Shown here piece after piece: positions 8,183-16,465 of a stretch of DNA of 64,000 bases. This DNA comes from Pseudomonadota bacterium (GTDB taxonomy: Bacteria > Pseudomonadota > Alphaproteobacteria > Sphingomonadales > SMXR01). The stretch is taken from positions 20,117 to 84,116 of the forward strand of contig JACZSK010000001.1 in assembly GCA_022574255.1 (NCBI GenBank), written 5' to 3'. Below the pieces are notes generated by a model. That model searched no databases. It was not told the DNA's origin and saw only the letters and a list, made by a program, of their open reading frames with translations. The translations under genes were made by a program, and so were the position numbers. Positions within the stretch are counted from its first letter, which is position 1; each line of letters begins with the position of its first letter.

Positions 8183-8506
8183 TTACTGGGTAAAGAAAGG
8201 CAGTTTCAGCCTGACCGCGAGGCCGGCCATAAGCGCCAGGATCAGCGCCGTGCTGATCCAGCGGATGAGAGTGCGCCAGGCGGTGCGCCGGGCGTCACGC
8301 CAGGCCTCGAGCAGATTTCTCAGCTCACGGATATCGTTGCCTGCCGCTTCGTCCTGCAGGCCGCAAAGGGCCAACGCCCGGGCCGCCCCGGTTGAACTGG
8401 CTTCCTCGACAATGGCGCGGAGAGTCACCAGATCAGCGCCTTCATCGCGGGCCTCATCGACCAGCGCGGTGAGCAGTGCCAGATGGCGGTTTTGATCAAT
8501 GCTCAT
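8183..8506 (-). CDS. small membrane-anchored protein in the GTA g3.5 position (DUF6127-like)
   Basis: 107 aa. Its start overlaps the portal stop (ATGA at 8503-8506). C-terminal TM helix ISTALILALMAGLAV. The position between portal and protease matches RcGTA g3.5. The family name is from memory. Confidence 0.55.
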   Translation of the reverse strand: MSIDQNRHLALLTALVDEARDEGADLVTLRAIVEEASSTGAARALALCGLQDEAAGNDIRELRNLLEAWRDARRTAWRTLIRWISTALILALMAGLAVRLKLPFFTQ

Positions 8507-9774
8507 TCAGCCCGCTCCTTGGCCTGCTCCATGGCCTGCTCCGCCAGAATACCGGGCAGCGCGTCACCGCCCGCAACGGGGTCGAAGCCCAGCGCCTGGC
8601 GTTTCTCGTTGGTTGTCAGAAAGGCGGCGCCACCGACTCGTTTCCACAGGGCCTCGCGCTCAAACTGCAAGGCGGGAATCGCGTCCCGGTCAAAGTCGAG
8701 CCGCAAGTCGTCGCCAAAGCGCGCGGTAAGGAACGCATTCAAAGTGGCGACGGTTTTCTGCAGCAGCGGCAGCAGGGTCAGCCGCCACAGGGCGCGGTTG
8801 GCCTCCTGATAATTGGAATAGGTATTGTCGCCGGGGATGCCGAGCAGCATGGGCGGCACGCCGAAGGCCAGCGCGATTTCGCGGGCCGAGACATGCTTCG
8901 ACTGGATGAACTCCATGTCCGAGGGCGAAAAGGCGATCTGCTGCCACTTCAGCCCGCCCTCCAGCAAAAATGGCCGGCCGGCATTGCTGGCGCCCTGATG
9001 CTGTTCTTCAAGTTCTGCTTTGAGGCGGGTGAATTGCTCCTCGCTGAGGGTTCCGGGCCGTCCCTCGCCGGGCTCGAAGATCAGCGCACCGGAAGGCCGC
9101 GCCGCGTTATCCAGCAAAGACTTGTTCCAGCACTGTGCTGAATTATGGATGTCGATTCCAAAGGCACAGGCCTCAAGCAAGGAAAGCCCGTAAAAATCAT
9201 CCAGCGGATGAAAAGTGCGGAAATGAACAATGGGCGACTGCCCCGATTTGGCATCAACCGGAAAAGCGTGGGTGCGCCCGCCGACCTTATACTCAAACCG
9301 GATGGGCCAGCCGGAAGAACCGGGCACGATTTTCATCCTGTCGGGACGTAGCATATACAATTCGCCCGGAACGCCGCGCGCATCGTCGACAATTTCCAGA
9401 TACGCGTTGCCGGCAATTTGCAGGAAAGAGAACAAAGCCTCGATAAGCTCGTTTCCCGACTGCAGGGGATTCGGTCGGCCCAGCAAGTCGAGCAGCGGGT
9501 GGCGGGTGATCCGCTCGCCACCCCGATAAAGGACCATGGGCACGGCGGCAGCCGATTCGGCGACCATGCGCACAGAGCGGTTGGCGATGACGTTCTTCCG
9601 GTAGCCCTCGCGCACCAACTGCTCATAGCTTCGCCCGGTCCAACTGGGCGCCGCCAGACCAATCCAGGCGGTTTCCCTCCCCTGCCCAAGCAGCTTGCTG
9701 ACAGCGCTGGCCTTTTGTTCCGGACCCTCGCGGAAATTGAAAATGCGCCTGATAGTTTTGCCAATGGGATTCAT
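8503..9774 (-). CDS. phage/GTA portal protein (HK97 family)
   Basis: 423 aa. Length, position after terL and conserved blocks (FGVPPMLLGIPGDNTYSNYQEANRALW) are typical of HK97-family portals and GTA g3. Confidence 0.9.
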   Translation of the reverse strand: MNPIGKTIRRIFNFREGPEQKASAVSKLLGQGRETAWIGLAAPSWTGRSYEQLVREGYRKNVIANRSVRMVAESAAAVPMVLYRGGERITRHPLLDLLGRPNPLQSGNELIEALFSFLQIAGNAYLEIVDDARGVPGELYMLRPDRMKIVPGSSGWPIRFEYKVGGRTHAFPVDAKSGQSPIVHFRTFHPLDDFYGLSLLEACAFGIDIHNSAQCWNKSLLDNAARPSGALIFEPGEGRPGTLSEEQFTRLKAELEEQHQGASNAGRPFLLEGGLKWQQIAFSPSDMEFIQSKHVSAREIALAFGVPPMLLGIPGDNTYSNYQEANRALWRLTLLPLLQKTVATLNAFLTARFGDDLRLDFDRDAIPALQFEREALWKRVGGAAFLTTNEKRQALGFDPVAGGDALPGILAEQAMEQAKERAE

Positions 9775-9952
9775 CTGCAGGTCTCCTTATTTATGCCCAG
9801 TTTGTGACTTCAAATGTCTGTTGTGGGGGCTTCAGCCGACGGGTGGCCGCAACCGCGCAATTCTGTTGGCAACAGGGCCTCGATTGCCCTATGGTCGCCC
9901 CCGGTCGCGGCGCTGCTGCAAAGCGGGCGCCCGAAATGGTCAAAAAAAATCA

Positions 9953-10315
9953 GTGAGAAAATTCGTGAAACGCTTGTTGATCAGATTGCTTTTCGTCGCC
10001 GGACTGTTTTCCAGCCAGACTGCCCTTGCTGAAGATTGCGGCTTTCCGCCGGCCGACCCGCCCCCGGTGCCTGAAGGCACCAGAACCGACAGAGAGAGCA
10101 TGGATGCGGGGGTCAGGGCCGTGCGCGAATATTCGATCCAGATGAATGCCTATTTCGACTGCCTGCAGTTGAGGCGTGATGAGTGGTTTTACAATATGGA
10201 CCGCGACCAGCAGGCGCGCTGGATAGAGGATTTTAACGAAGTCGTCGATCATCTGACCGAAATCGAAACCGAAATGAACGAGCAGATTCGCGCCTTCAAC
10301 AATCGCCCGACCTAA
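9953..10315 (+). CDS. small secreted two-Cys protein encoded antisense between terL and portal
   Basis: Track ORF 9695..10315. Plausible starts are GTG 9953 or 9965. Signal peptide KRLLIRLLFVAGLFSSQTALA/EDCGF, then a helical acidic C-terminus. The start is uncertain. Confidence 0.45.
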   Translation: MRKFVKRLLIRLLFVAGLFSSQTALAEDCGFPPADPPPVPEGTRTDRESMDAGVRAVREYSIQMNAYFDCLQLRRDEWFYNMDRDQQARWIEDFNEVVDHLTEIETEMNEQIRAFNNRPT

Positions 10316-10327
10316 ACTGCCCTCACT

Positions 10328-11647
10328 TTAAAGAGCCCTGACCCGAGGATTCCTGTCCTGGCCCCGGGCGAGATCGCTGATCGCCCAGACCAGCGCGTCC
10401 AGCCTGTCAGGACTGCCATCTGCCGCATCGCCGGTGTAGCTGCGCAATTGATCTTCCAATGCCTTGAAGCAACCCACGTGATGCACAAACCCACGCTCAT
10501 AAAGCGCCGCCACCGGTTCGGCGCGGGTGATCTTGCCGCGGCTGGCACGCACCGCCCTGTAGGCCACATCCGGCGCCTCCTGGCGCAGCAGGGCTTCAAT
10601 CAGGTCGCCGCCCTGGTTCACTTCTGCCACCAGTCTGTCGGCTTCGAATTCCTGGTAGGCCGCCAGGGCCCGGTGCATCCACTGGTGCGGGCGAAGGCCC
10701 TGGCAGGATCTGTCCGCCAGAACGTAAAAATGATCATCGAGCGCCACACCGGCAACAATAATGCCGCACAGGTTCGCCGCCTCGCCGTGCGAAACCGGCG
10801 GATCGATCGCCACGATAACGCGGCGCAACGGGGGCGCTTTGCCGACGCGCGCGGTGTCGATCATTTCGTCGGTCCACAGCGCACCGGGCACATCTTCCAG
10901 AATCAAGCCGTCCAGTTCCTGGCGGCCCAGCCGCGTGCCGCCATAGAGGCGCGATACCTGGTCGACAAAGGTCGGCGGAAGATGCGCCGCATTCTCGAAA
11001 GTACTGCCCGCGGTTACAACCGTTGTCGGATCGCTGACCAGAGCTTTCAATAGCGCAATGGGTCGCGGCGTTGTAGTCACCACCACCCGGGGCCGGCTGC
11101 CCAACCGCAGACCCAGCAACAGGTTCGACCAGCTTGCCTCGGGCGCACCCCATTTTGCCAGTTCGTCACACCAGGCGATAGCGTGCTGGGGACCGCGAAG
11201 CTGGTCCGGCTCTTCGCTGGAATAGAGATGCGCGACGATGCCGTTTGGCCAGACCATGCGGCGGCGTGAAATTTCGAACTTTGGCCGGTGGTCGGGGCGC
11301 GAGACAAGCTGCAGCCCGCTCTCGCCTTCGACCATAACGTCACGCCCGTCAGCGATGGTCTGCGAAACCAGGGCTATGCGCTCTGGCGCGCCGGCGGGGG
11401 CCACCAAGGGCGACGCCCCCTCGACGCTGGCGCGCACCCACTCGGCGCCCAGACGTGTTTTCCCAAAGCCACGGCCCGCGGTTACCAGCCAGCAGAACCA
11501 GTCTCCCGGCGGCGGTTTCTGTTTCTCCCGCGCCCAGAATTCCCAGTCATAGAGAAGCGCCTCACAATCCTCGTCCGAAAGCTCCGACAACAGCTCCGGT
11601 AGCGCGCCACCATCGAGGCGCGCTACATTCTCGGCGATCGACGACAT
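10328..11647 (-). CDS. terminase large subunit (GTA g2-like)
   Basis: 439 aa with Walker-A-like TAGRGFGKT and a C-terminal nuclease-type region. Overlaps the upstream terS-like ORF by 1 nt. Confidence 0.9.
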   Translation of the reverse strand: MSSIAENVARLDGGALPELLSELSDEDCEALLYDWEFWAREKQKPPPGDWFCWLVTAGRGFGKTRLGAEWVRASVEGASPLVAPAGAPERIALVSQTIADGRDVMVEGESGLQLVSRPDHRPKFEISRRRMVWPNGIVAHLYSSEEPDQLRGPQHAIAWCDELAKWGAPEASWSNLLLGLRLGSRPRVVVTTTPRPIALLKALVSDPTTVVTAGSTFENAAHLPPTFVDQVSRLYGGTRLGRQELDGLILEDVPGALWTDEMIDTARVGKAPPLRRVIVAIDPPVSHGEAANLCGIIVAGVALDDHFYVLADRSCQGLRPHQWMHRALAAYQEFEADRLVAEVNQGGDLIEALLRQEAPDVAYRAVRASRGKITRAEPVAALYERGFVHHVGCFKALEDQLRSYTGDAADGSPDRLDALVWAISDLARGQDRNPRVRAL

Positions 11648-12120
11648 CAGGTTTCAGAAGCCTTGCGCCGGCTCGCATTCGACATCGCATTCAGCTTGGC
11701 CAAAAGGCGCTCCCTGGGGCTCGTATTCGCAAGGTTTGCCTCGGAAAGGTCACTGATCGCCGCGGTCGACTTGCCGTCTCCGAAAACGTCCTTGCGCCGC
11801 CCGCGCAGCAGGAACATGCCCAGATTATCGCTATAAGTAACACTGGCACCACATTTCTTGCCGCCGTAATAAACAGCTTTTTCTACGCCCTCGACGGCGC
11901 GGCGCCTGAGCGCACCCTCCAGATCATCCAGCGCCCCCTGAAGCGCGGAATCCCATTCTTCCCGGAAGGCCCTATTCTTCCTGCGACGGCCATAGGCTTG
12001 CGCCCGCGAAACATCGGCTGCCCGCGCGCCGGCGCTGACGTTGCCGGTACTGCGCAGGACGTCGAGAAAAACCGCCTGCTTTCGCTTCGTCCATTTCATG
12101 CCTCCGGGGTCCAGACTCAT
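11647..12120 (-). CDS. terminase small subunit-like DNA-binding protein
   Basis: 157 aa. WTKRKQAVFLDVLRSTGNVSAGARAADVSRAQAYGRRRKNRAFREEWDSAL is the typical terS HTH plus REEW block. It is the first gene of the cluster and is coupled to terL. Confidence 0.6.
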   Translation of the reverse strand: MSLDPGGMKWTKRKQAVFLDVLRSTGNVSAGARAADVSRAQAYGRRRKNRAFREEWDSALQGALDDLEGALRRRAVEGVEKAVYYGGKKCGASVTYSDNLGMFLLRGRRKDVFGDGKSTAAISDLSEANLANTSPRERLLAKLNAMSNASRRKASET

Positions 12121-12324
12121 TAATGCGAATCAATTCGCCGCCTCAAAAACTGGAATTCAGGTGATTTCGGTGTGTAGCCCTGGCGCGCGGCTCACGCGAA
12201 CATCAATGGCCCCGGCTCAAATGCGGGCTCAATTGCGTGGCCCACTTCCCGGGCATGACAGAAACTATACCGATAATCGTCACGCTCGTCAAGTTGTTTT
12301 TACCTATTTGGTTAAAATCAATCG

Positions 12325-12380
12325 TTAGACCTGATTTAGACCTGCCAATCACACGGTGTTTAAAGATTAAATTAAACACC
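12325..12380. promoter_or_regulatory. direct repeat TTAGACCTG x2 (11-bp phasing) plus palindrome GGTGTTTAA-N8-TTAAACACC in an AT-rich leader
   Basis: TTAGACCTG at 12325-12333 and 12336-12344. The palindrome arms lie within 12355-12380. Located 200-260 bp upstream of the terS-like start (12120) in the lowest-GC tract of the window. Confidence 0.35.
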
Positions 12381-12502
12381 AATCAAAGTATTCATAAGTA
12401 TTTCCATCTTTTAAATCTGTCTGGATTTGACGCCTCTAGGCAATAAACGTATTATTCAAGCATAGAGTCGGAAGTTTAATTTTATTATTTAGGCATTAGG
12501 TA

Positions 12503-12793
12503 ATGATCAGGCAACATTGGTTCAGGCAGTATTTGGGTGCGATATGCGTGGTGGGGGCCATGACCGGCGGCGCGGTCGCCGAAGATTTGCAAGAAGATAA
12601 ACTCATCCTGGAGCAGCCGGCATCGCATGCCGGCGATGCCAATCGACAAAAAACCTCCTGCGGCGATGCGGAGCGTTGCAAGCTGTCGCCGGAAAACGCA
12701 CGAGCGCGGGCTGCCATGGCGCTGCTCTATTTCGGCATCAATGACAATTGTGGAAAACGGTCCTGTGCCCTTCGTCTGGCAGCAGGCCGTTAA
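12503..12793 (+). CDS. hypothetical small secreted Cys-containing protein
   Basis: 96 aa with putative signal peptide YLGAICVVGAMTGGAVA/EDLQ and agg 4 nt before the ATG. No family recognised. An overlapping +3-frame ORF (12627..12866) ends exactly at the terminator, so a frameshift is possible. Confidence 0.3.
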   Translation: MIRQHWFRQYLGAICVVGAMTGGAVAEDLQEDKLILEQPASHAGDANRQKTSCGDAERCKLSPENARARAAMALLYFGINDNCGKRSCALRLAAGR

Positions 12794-12864
12794 CGGGCGA
12801 CCCCGATATCCCAGGAGGCCCAAACAAGATTTTCCCCAACCGGCAGGCATTCCCATGCCTAACT

Positions 12865-12890
12865 GAGCGCCTTCGGGCGCTCCTTTTTTT
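12865..12890 (+). terminator. rho-independent terminator
   Basis: gagcgcc-ttcg-ggcgctc hairpin (12865-12882) followed by cTTTTTTT (12883-12890). Confidence 0.7.
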
Positions 12891-12905
12891 GCTGGTGGTG
12901 CGCGT

Positions 12906-13667
12906 TCACGGCGCTTTGTAATGAAGCACGAGGCGATCAAGGGCAATTCGCAACACGATCTTTCCCGAGCGCGCGGGCCAGTCCATCTGCCGTTCCGCCT
13001 CGCCTATCCCTTCCAGAAAACAACAGACGCGCAGCAGCACATCGGAAAGTTCGGGGCCAACACTGTCGATGGCAACAAGAAAGCGCGTCCGGGCGGACAA
13101 TCGGGCTTCCGCCGGATTCATGCCAAGGAAAGCCCGGCTGTGCCCGGTATTCACCGGCACGCCGTCATATCCCGGCGTCATACGTGGCGTCATTCCGGCG
13201 CTGGTGAAATCACGGCGCAATCGCTCACCCGCCTCTACCTGCTCTGGCCCCAGGAATGGTTTGCCGGCGCGATCCTTGCGTTGGGCCAGCCAGTTAAGCG
13301 GGCTTTCCGCGGCGTTAAGGCGAATCTTACGCCGCCTTCCATCAATGACCCGCTCAGCCACATGGATTGACTGGTGCTGCCGCATGTAGCTGTCACAATC
13401 ATTGCTTTCCCCGGTTTTGCGCCCGTCTGTTGGCCGGCCTCTCTGGAGGTTGCGCCGCACGAACGCCCGTCCTGTGCTGGAAATTATCAGGTCGCCGCCG
13501 GGCGCCGCTTCAACCAGATCATGTGCAGCCAGTTCGTTTGCCAGCGACCGCGCCACCGACACCACGCCGACGCGATAGCTGCCATCCGCACACTGCTTGC
13601 CAGCGCTGCCGGAAGCAAATTTGCGAAGAATTCTCCTGGCAAAGGCGGAGGGTTTATACGGCGGCAT
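12906..13667 (-). CDS. putative transcription regulator (GafA/GafZ-like, DUF6456-type C-terminus)
   Basis: 253 aa. C-terminal ELSDVLLRVCCFLEGIGEAERQMDWPARSGKIVLRIALDRLVLHY resembles the sigma-region-4-like domain I recall from GTA activators. Transcribed toward the GTA remnant. The family call is memory-based. Confidence 0.5.
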   Translation of the reverse strand: MPPYKPSAFARRILRKFASGSAGKQCADGSYRVGVVSVARSLANELAAHDLVEAAPGGDLIISSTGRAFVRRNLQRGRPTDGRKTGESNDCDSYMRQHQSIHVAERVIDGRRRKIRLNAAESPLNWLAQRKDRAGKPFLGPEQVEAGERLRRDFTSAGMTPRMTPGYDGVPVNTGHSRAFLGMNPAEARLSARTRFLVAIDSVGPELSDVLLRVCCFLEGIGEAERQMDWPARSGKIVLRIALDRLVLHYKAP

Positions 13668-13710
13668 AATGATCCAGTGGTTGTTTCAACAGGTGACATG
13701 ATAGAGCATT

Positions 13711-13751
13711 TTTACCAAATAGGTTATATCCTAAATAACCAATTTGGTAAA
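13711..13751. promoter_or_regulatory. 41-bp near-perfect palindromic operator in a divergent promoter region
   Basis: tttaccaaataggttat (13711-13727), 7-bp spacer, ataaccaatttggtaaa (13735-13751). 16 of 17 arm positions are complementary. It lies between the start at 13667 (minus strand) and the start at 13831 (plus strand). Confidence 0.6.
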
Positions 13752-13830
13752 TTCTATTTTGTCTTCTCGCCAAATATGCTACAGGCCATTTTGCAAACCA
13801 GAAAAACCAAACAGCCGTGAGGAGCGCGCG

Positions 13831-14397
13831 ATGATTCAGTCACGCATCCGCGAAATTCGCAAACACAAGGGAATGACCCTGCAGCAGGTGGCCGAGCGCA
13901 CCGGCACGACGGCGCAAACTATTGGCCGGCTTGAAACCGGTATGCGCACTTTGTCTCTGGGTTGGGTGCAGAGAATAGCCGAAGCCCTGGACACCGATGC
14001 CGCCGAACTGCTGACCATGCCCGAGAGGGGCGATATCGAAGTGGGCTCGGCCCTGGGCCGGAACGGCAAGGTCAAAGGCAAGGCGGTCGAGACCATTGCC
14101 TTGCGGTTACTTGCCGCGTCGCCCGTTGCCCTGGGGATCGCCAACAATCTGGGCCTTTATCGAAAAGGCGATGTGGTCATTTGCAATCGCATGAGCGAAA
14201 TAAATTTCGCCGATGCCGACCAGCGGGACTGCCTGGTGGAAACTGCCGATGGCGCCCGGTTATTTGGCCGCCTGGTAGAAAAGAGCAAGAACGCGGTTCT
14301 TGTGATGCCCCCCGAACCGGGAGGGGAAGCCACCGAGTTAAAGAAAAGCGATATAACCGCCATGTCACCCGCTACGGCACTGATCAGGCGCTTGTGA
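13831..14397 (+). CDS. XRE-family HTH repressor with a cI/LexA-like C-terminal domain
   Basis: Track ORF 13744. ATG 13831 is preceded by gaggag. IREIRKHKGMTLQQVAERTGTTAQTIGRLETGMRTLSLGWVQRIAEAL is a canonical XRE HTH, and the ~110-aa C-terminal beta-rich domain resembles phage repressors. Confidence 0.8.
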   Translation: MIQSRIREIRKHKGMTLQQVAERTGTTAQTIGRLETGMRTLSLGWVQRIAEALDTDAAELLTMPERGDIEVGSALGRNGKVKGKAVETIALRLLAASPVALGIANNLGLYRKGDVVICNRMSEINFADADQRDCLVETADGARLFGRLVEKSKNAVLVMPPEPGGEATELKKSDITAMSPATALIRRL

Positions 14398-14413
14398 TTG
14401 CGGGAGAAAAGGC

Positions 14414-15553
14414 ATGCTGCCCCGGCGAAAAATTTTCCAGGAAGAACACCAGATTTTCCGCGAGTCGGTGCGCCGTTTTTTTGCCAAGGAAATGCTGCCC
14501 AATCTGAAATCCTGGGATGAAGCCGGTATCGTCGACAGGGATTTCTGGGAAAAGGCCGGTGCGGCCGGTCTTCTGTGCCCGGACATCCCCGAGGAATACG
14601 GCGGCCCCGGCGGGGACTTCAGGTATAACGCGGTGGTCGACGAGGAGATGGGCTACGCCGGCACCGCCGCACCGGGTTTCGCGGTACATTCCGATATTTG
14701 CGCCCGGTATATTCTTGAATATGGCTCGGAAGATCTGAAGAAGGAATGGCTGCCCCGGATGGTCAGCGGAGAAATTATCAGTGCCATTGCCATGACCGAG
14801 CCCGGCACCGGCAGCGATCTTCAGGCGGTCAAGGCCACGGCGATTCGCGACGGCAACCATTATGTGCTGAACGGCCAGAAAACCTTCATAACCAATGGCC
14901 AGAATGCGGATCTTATTATCGTGGTGGCCAAGACCAACCCGGAAGAAGGCGCACATGGTGTCAGTCTCATCCTGGTGGAGAGTAACCGTGAAGGGTTCAC
15001 CCGTGGGCGCAACCTGAAAAAAATAGGCCAAAAGGGCTCGGATACTTCGGAATTGTTCTTTAGCGATGTCCGCGTTCCACTGACCAACTGCCTTGGTGAG
15101 GAGAACCAGGGCTTCGTTTACCTGATGCAGCAGCTGCCCCAGGAGCGCCTGGCGATAGCCATCGGTGCGGTGGCATCCTCGCAGAAGGCTTTCGATATAA
15201 CCGTTGACTATGTGAAGGAGCGCAAGGCCTTCGGGCGACCTATATTCGGGTTTCAGAATACCCGTTTCAAGCTGGCGGAAATGAGGGCGGAGCTCGCGGT
15301 CGGCTGGGCCTATGTGGACCAGTGCCTGGAGCAACACCTGGAAAAGAAGCTGGACGTCGAGGGCGCGGCAATTGCCAAGCTGTGGCTAACCGAAATGCAG
15401 GGCCGCATTGTCGATCAGTGCCTGCAGCTGCATGGTGGATACGGCTATATGGAGGAATATCCCATATCAAAAATGTTTGTCGATGCGCGGGTTCAGCGCA
15501 TCTATGGTGGCACTTCGGAAATCATGAAAGAACTGATTTCCAAGTTTATTTGA
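14414..15553 (+). CDS. acyl-CoA dehydrogenase
   Basis: 379 aa with AMTEPGTGSDLQAVKATA and YGGTSEIMKELISK motifs. Confidence 0.9.
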   Translation: MLPRRKIFQEEHQIFRESVRRFFAKEMLPNLKSWDEAGIVDRDFWEKAGAAGLLCPDIPEEYGGPGGDFRYNAVVDEEMGYAGTAAPGFAVHSDICARYILEYGSEDLKKEWLPRMVSGEIISAIAMTEPGTGSDLQAVKATAIRDGNHYVLNGQKTFITNGQNADLIIVVAKTNPEEGAHGVSLILVESNREGFTRGRNLKKIGQKGSDTSELFFSDVRVPLTNCLGEENQGFVYLMQQLPQERLAIAIGAVASSQKAFDITVDYVKERKAFGRPIFGFQNTRFKLAEMRAELAVGWAYVDQCLEQHLEKKLDVEGAAIAKLWLTEMQGRIVDQCLQLHGGYGYMEEYPISKMFVDARVQRIYGGTSEIMKELISKFI

Positions 15554-15566
15554 AGGAAATGGCGCC

Positions 15567-15755
15567 ATGGCGCAAATGACCGTTACGCTTAAGGCCGAAA
15601 TGAAGCGTGGCAGCTTTTACTGGGTTGCGACTGTCGACGCCGAGAGCAAGGATGAGGCCATCGTTGCGGCGGAAAATCTTTTCCAGGCGGAAATGGAAAA
15701 AGCCGGTGATTGGTCTTTCGCCGACTTCGAAGTTACTCTGGACCAGCCGGCCTGA
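15567..15755 (+). CDS. small hypothetical protein
   Basis: 62 aa, aaggaa RBS about 10 nt upstream, immediately after the ACAD gene. No family recognised. Confidence 0.4.
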   Translation: MAQMTVTLKAEMKRGSFYWVATVDAESKDEAIVAAENLFQAEMEKAGDWSFADFEVTLDQPA

Positions 15756-16299
15756 CCTCGATCTCCTGGCGCTCCGCCATGAGCTTTAACCTCTTCATGC
15801 TATGGGCCAGCCGGCGTTGCCCCTTCCAGCGCAACCAGGGCGCAATATACCTGTCAAAAAACCCCCGCAGCACTTTTCTTTCCCGATAGGTGACCAGGCT
15901 GGCCGCGCCGGTCGCGGACAGGGTTATCTCGATTTCGGTCGTAAAGGCCTCTGCTTCCTGCGTCACGCTCCAAAGCACCGGCGGCGTAAATTTCATCACC
16001 GTTTCCTCAAGTTCTATAACCGCGCGGTTGTCCCGGTACAGCACAAGCGAGCGGGCTCCGATGCCGGCCTGAAATTCACTCAGAGGCAAAATGCTGATCA
16101 TGCCGGCATGCCAGCCGGTTCGCTCTCCGGGCTGTGCGATAAACTCCCAAACCTGGTCTGGCCTCGCCTCTATACGCACTTCCGCCGCGAACTGCATGCC
16201 CTCGTGGACATGCGCCAACCACCCACGCAGCAGAAACGCGCAGGCCACCAGGGCAAGCAGCGATATTACTTTGCGTTCGTAAGCGGTGTAGCCGAACAT
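15733..16299 (-). CDS. SRPBCC (START/polyketide-cyclase-like) family protein with an N-terminal TM helix
   Basis: 188 aa. N-terminal VISLLALVACAFLL, then a pattern typical of SRPBCC ligand-binding proteins. Confidence 0.6.
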   Translation of the reverse strand: MFGYTAYERKVISLLALVACAFLLRGWLAHVHEGMQFAAEVRIEARPDQVWEFIAQPGERTGWHAGMISILPLSEFQAGIGARSLVLYRDNRAVIELEETVMKFTPPVLWSVTQEAEAFTTEIEITLSATGAASLVTYRERKVLRGFFDRYIAPWLRWKGQRRLAHSMKRLKLMAERQEIEVRPAGPE

Positions 16300-16465
16300 G
16301 GCTGTTTGTGCCTTCCTCTTTTTGGCCGGATGCCCGGATCCGGAATATGCCTTGCATCATTATGCCGCGGAAAGCGCGTGATCAAGAGGTCAAGGCGTCG
16401 AGACCCAAAGGCAATTGTCGGGCAGCCAGGCGATAGGCGGTTAACCCGGATTTCATGATTCGCGA

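Larger units (their letters stand above)
6357..12120 (-). mobile_element. degenerate gene-transfer-agent (GTA)-like / HK97-type prophage remnant (packaging module only)
   Basis: Gene order on the minus strand: terS-like, terL, portal, g3.5-like, protease::host-specificity chimera, 88-aa ORF. Capsid, connector and tail genes are missing. No integrase. Confidence 0.7.

Noticed and set aside
12332-12341. The 10-mer TGATTTAGAC is shared between the AT-rich GTA leader (12332-12341) and the gene-poor tract (17241-17250).
   Set aside because: A single shared 10-mer in 64 kb on both strands is expected by chance about one time in ten. There is no extended similarity around it.
12485-12946. A 153-aa minus-strand ORF spanning the small + strand ORFs and the terminator.
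   Set aside because: It has no motif or RBS. It runs through the strong + strand terminator hairpin and overlaps the end of the 12906-13667 gene, so it is likely spurious.
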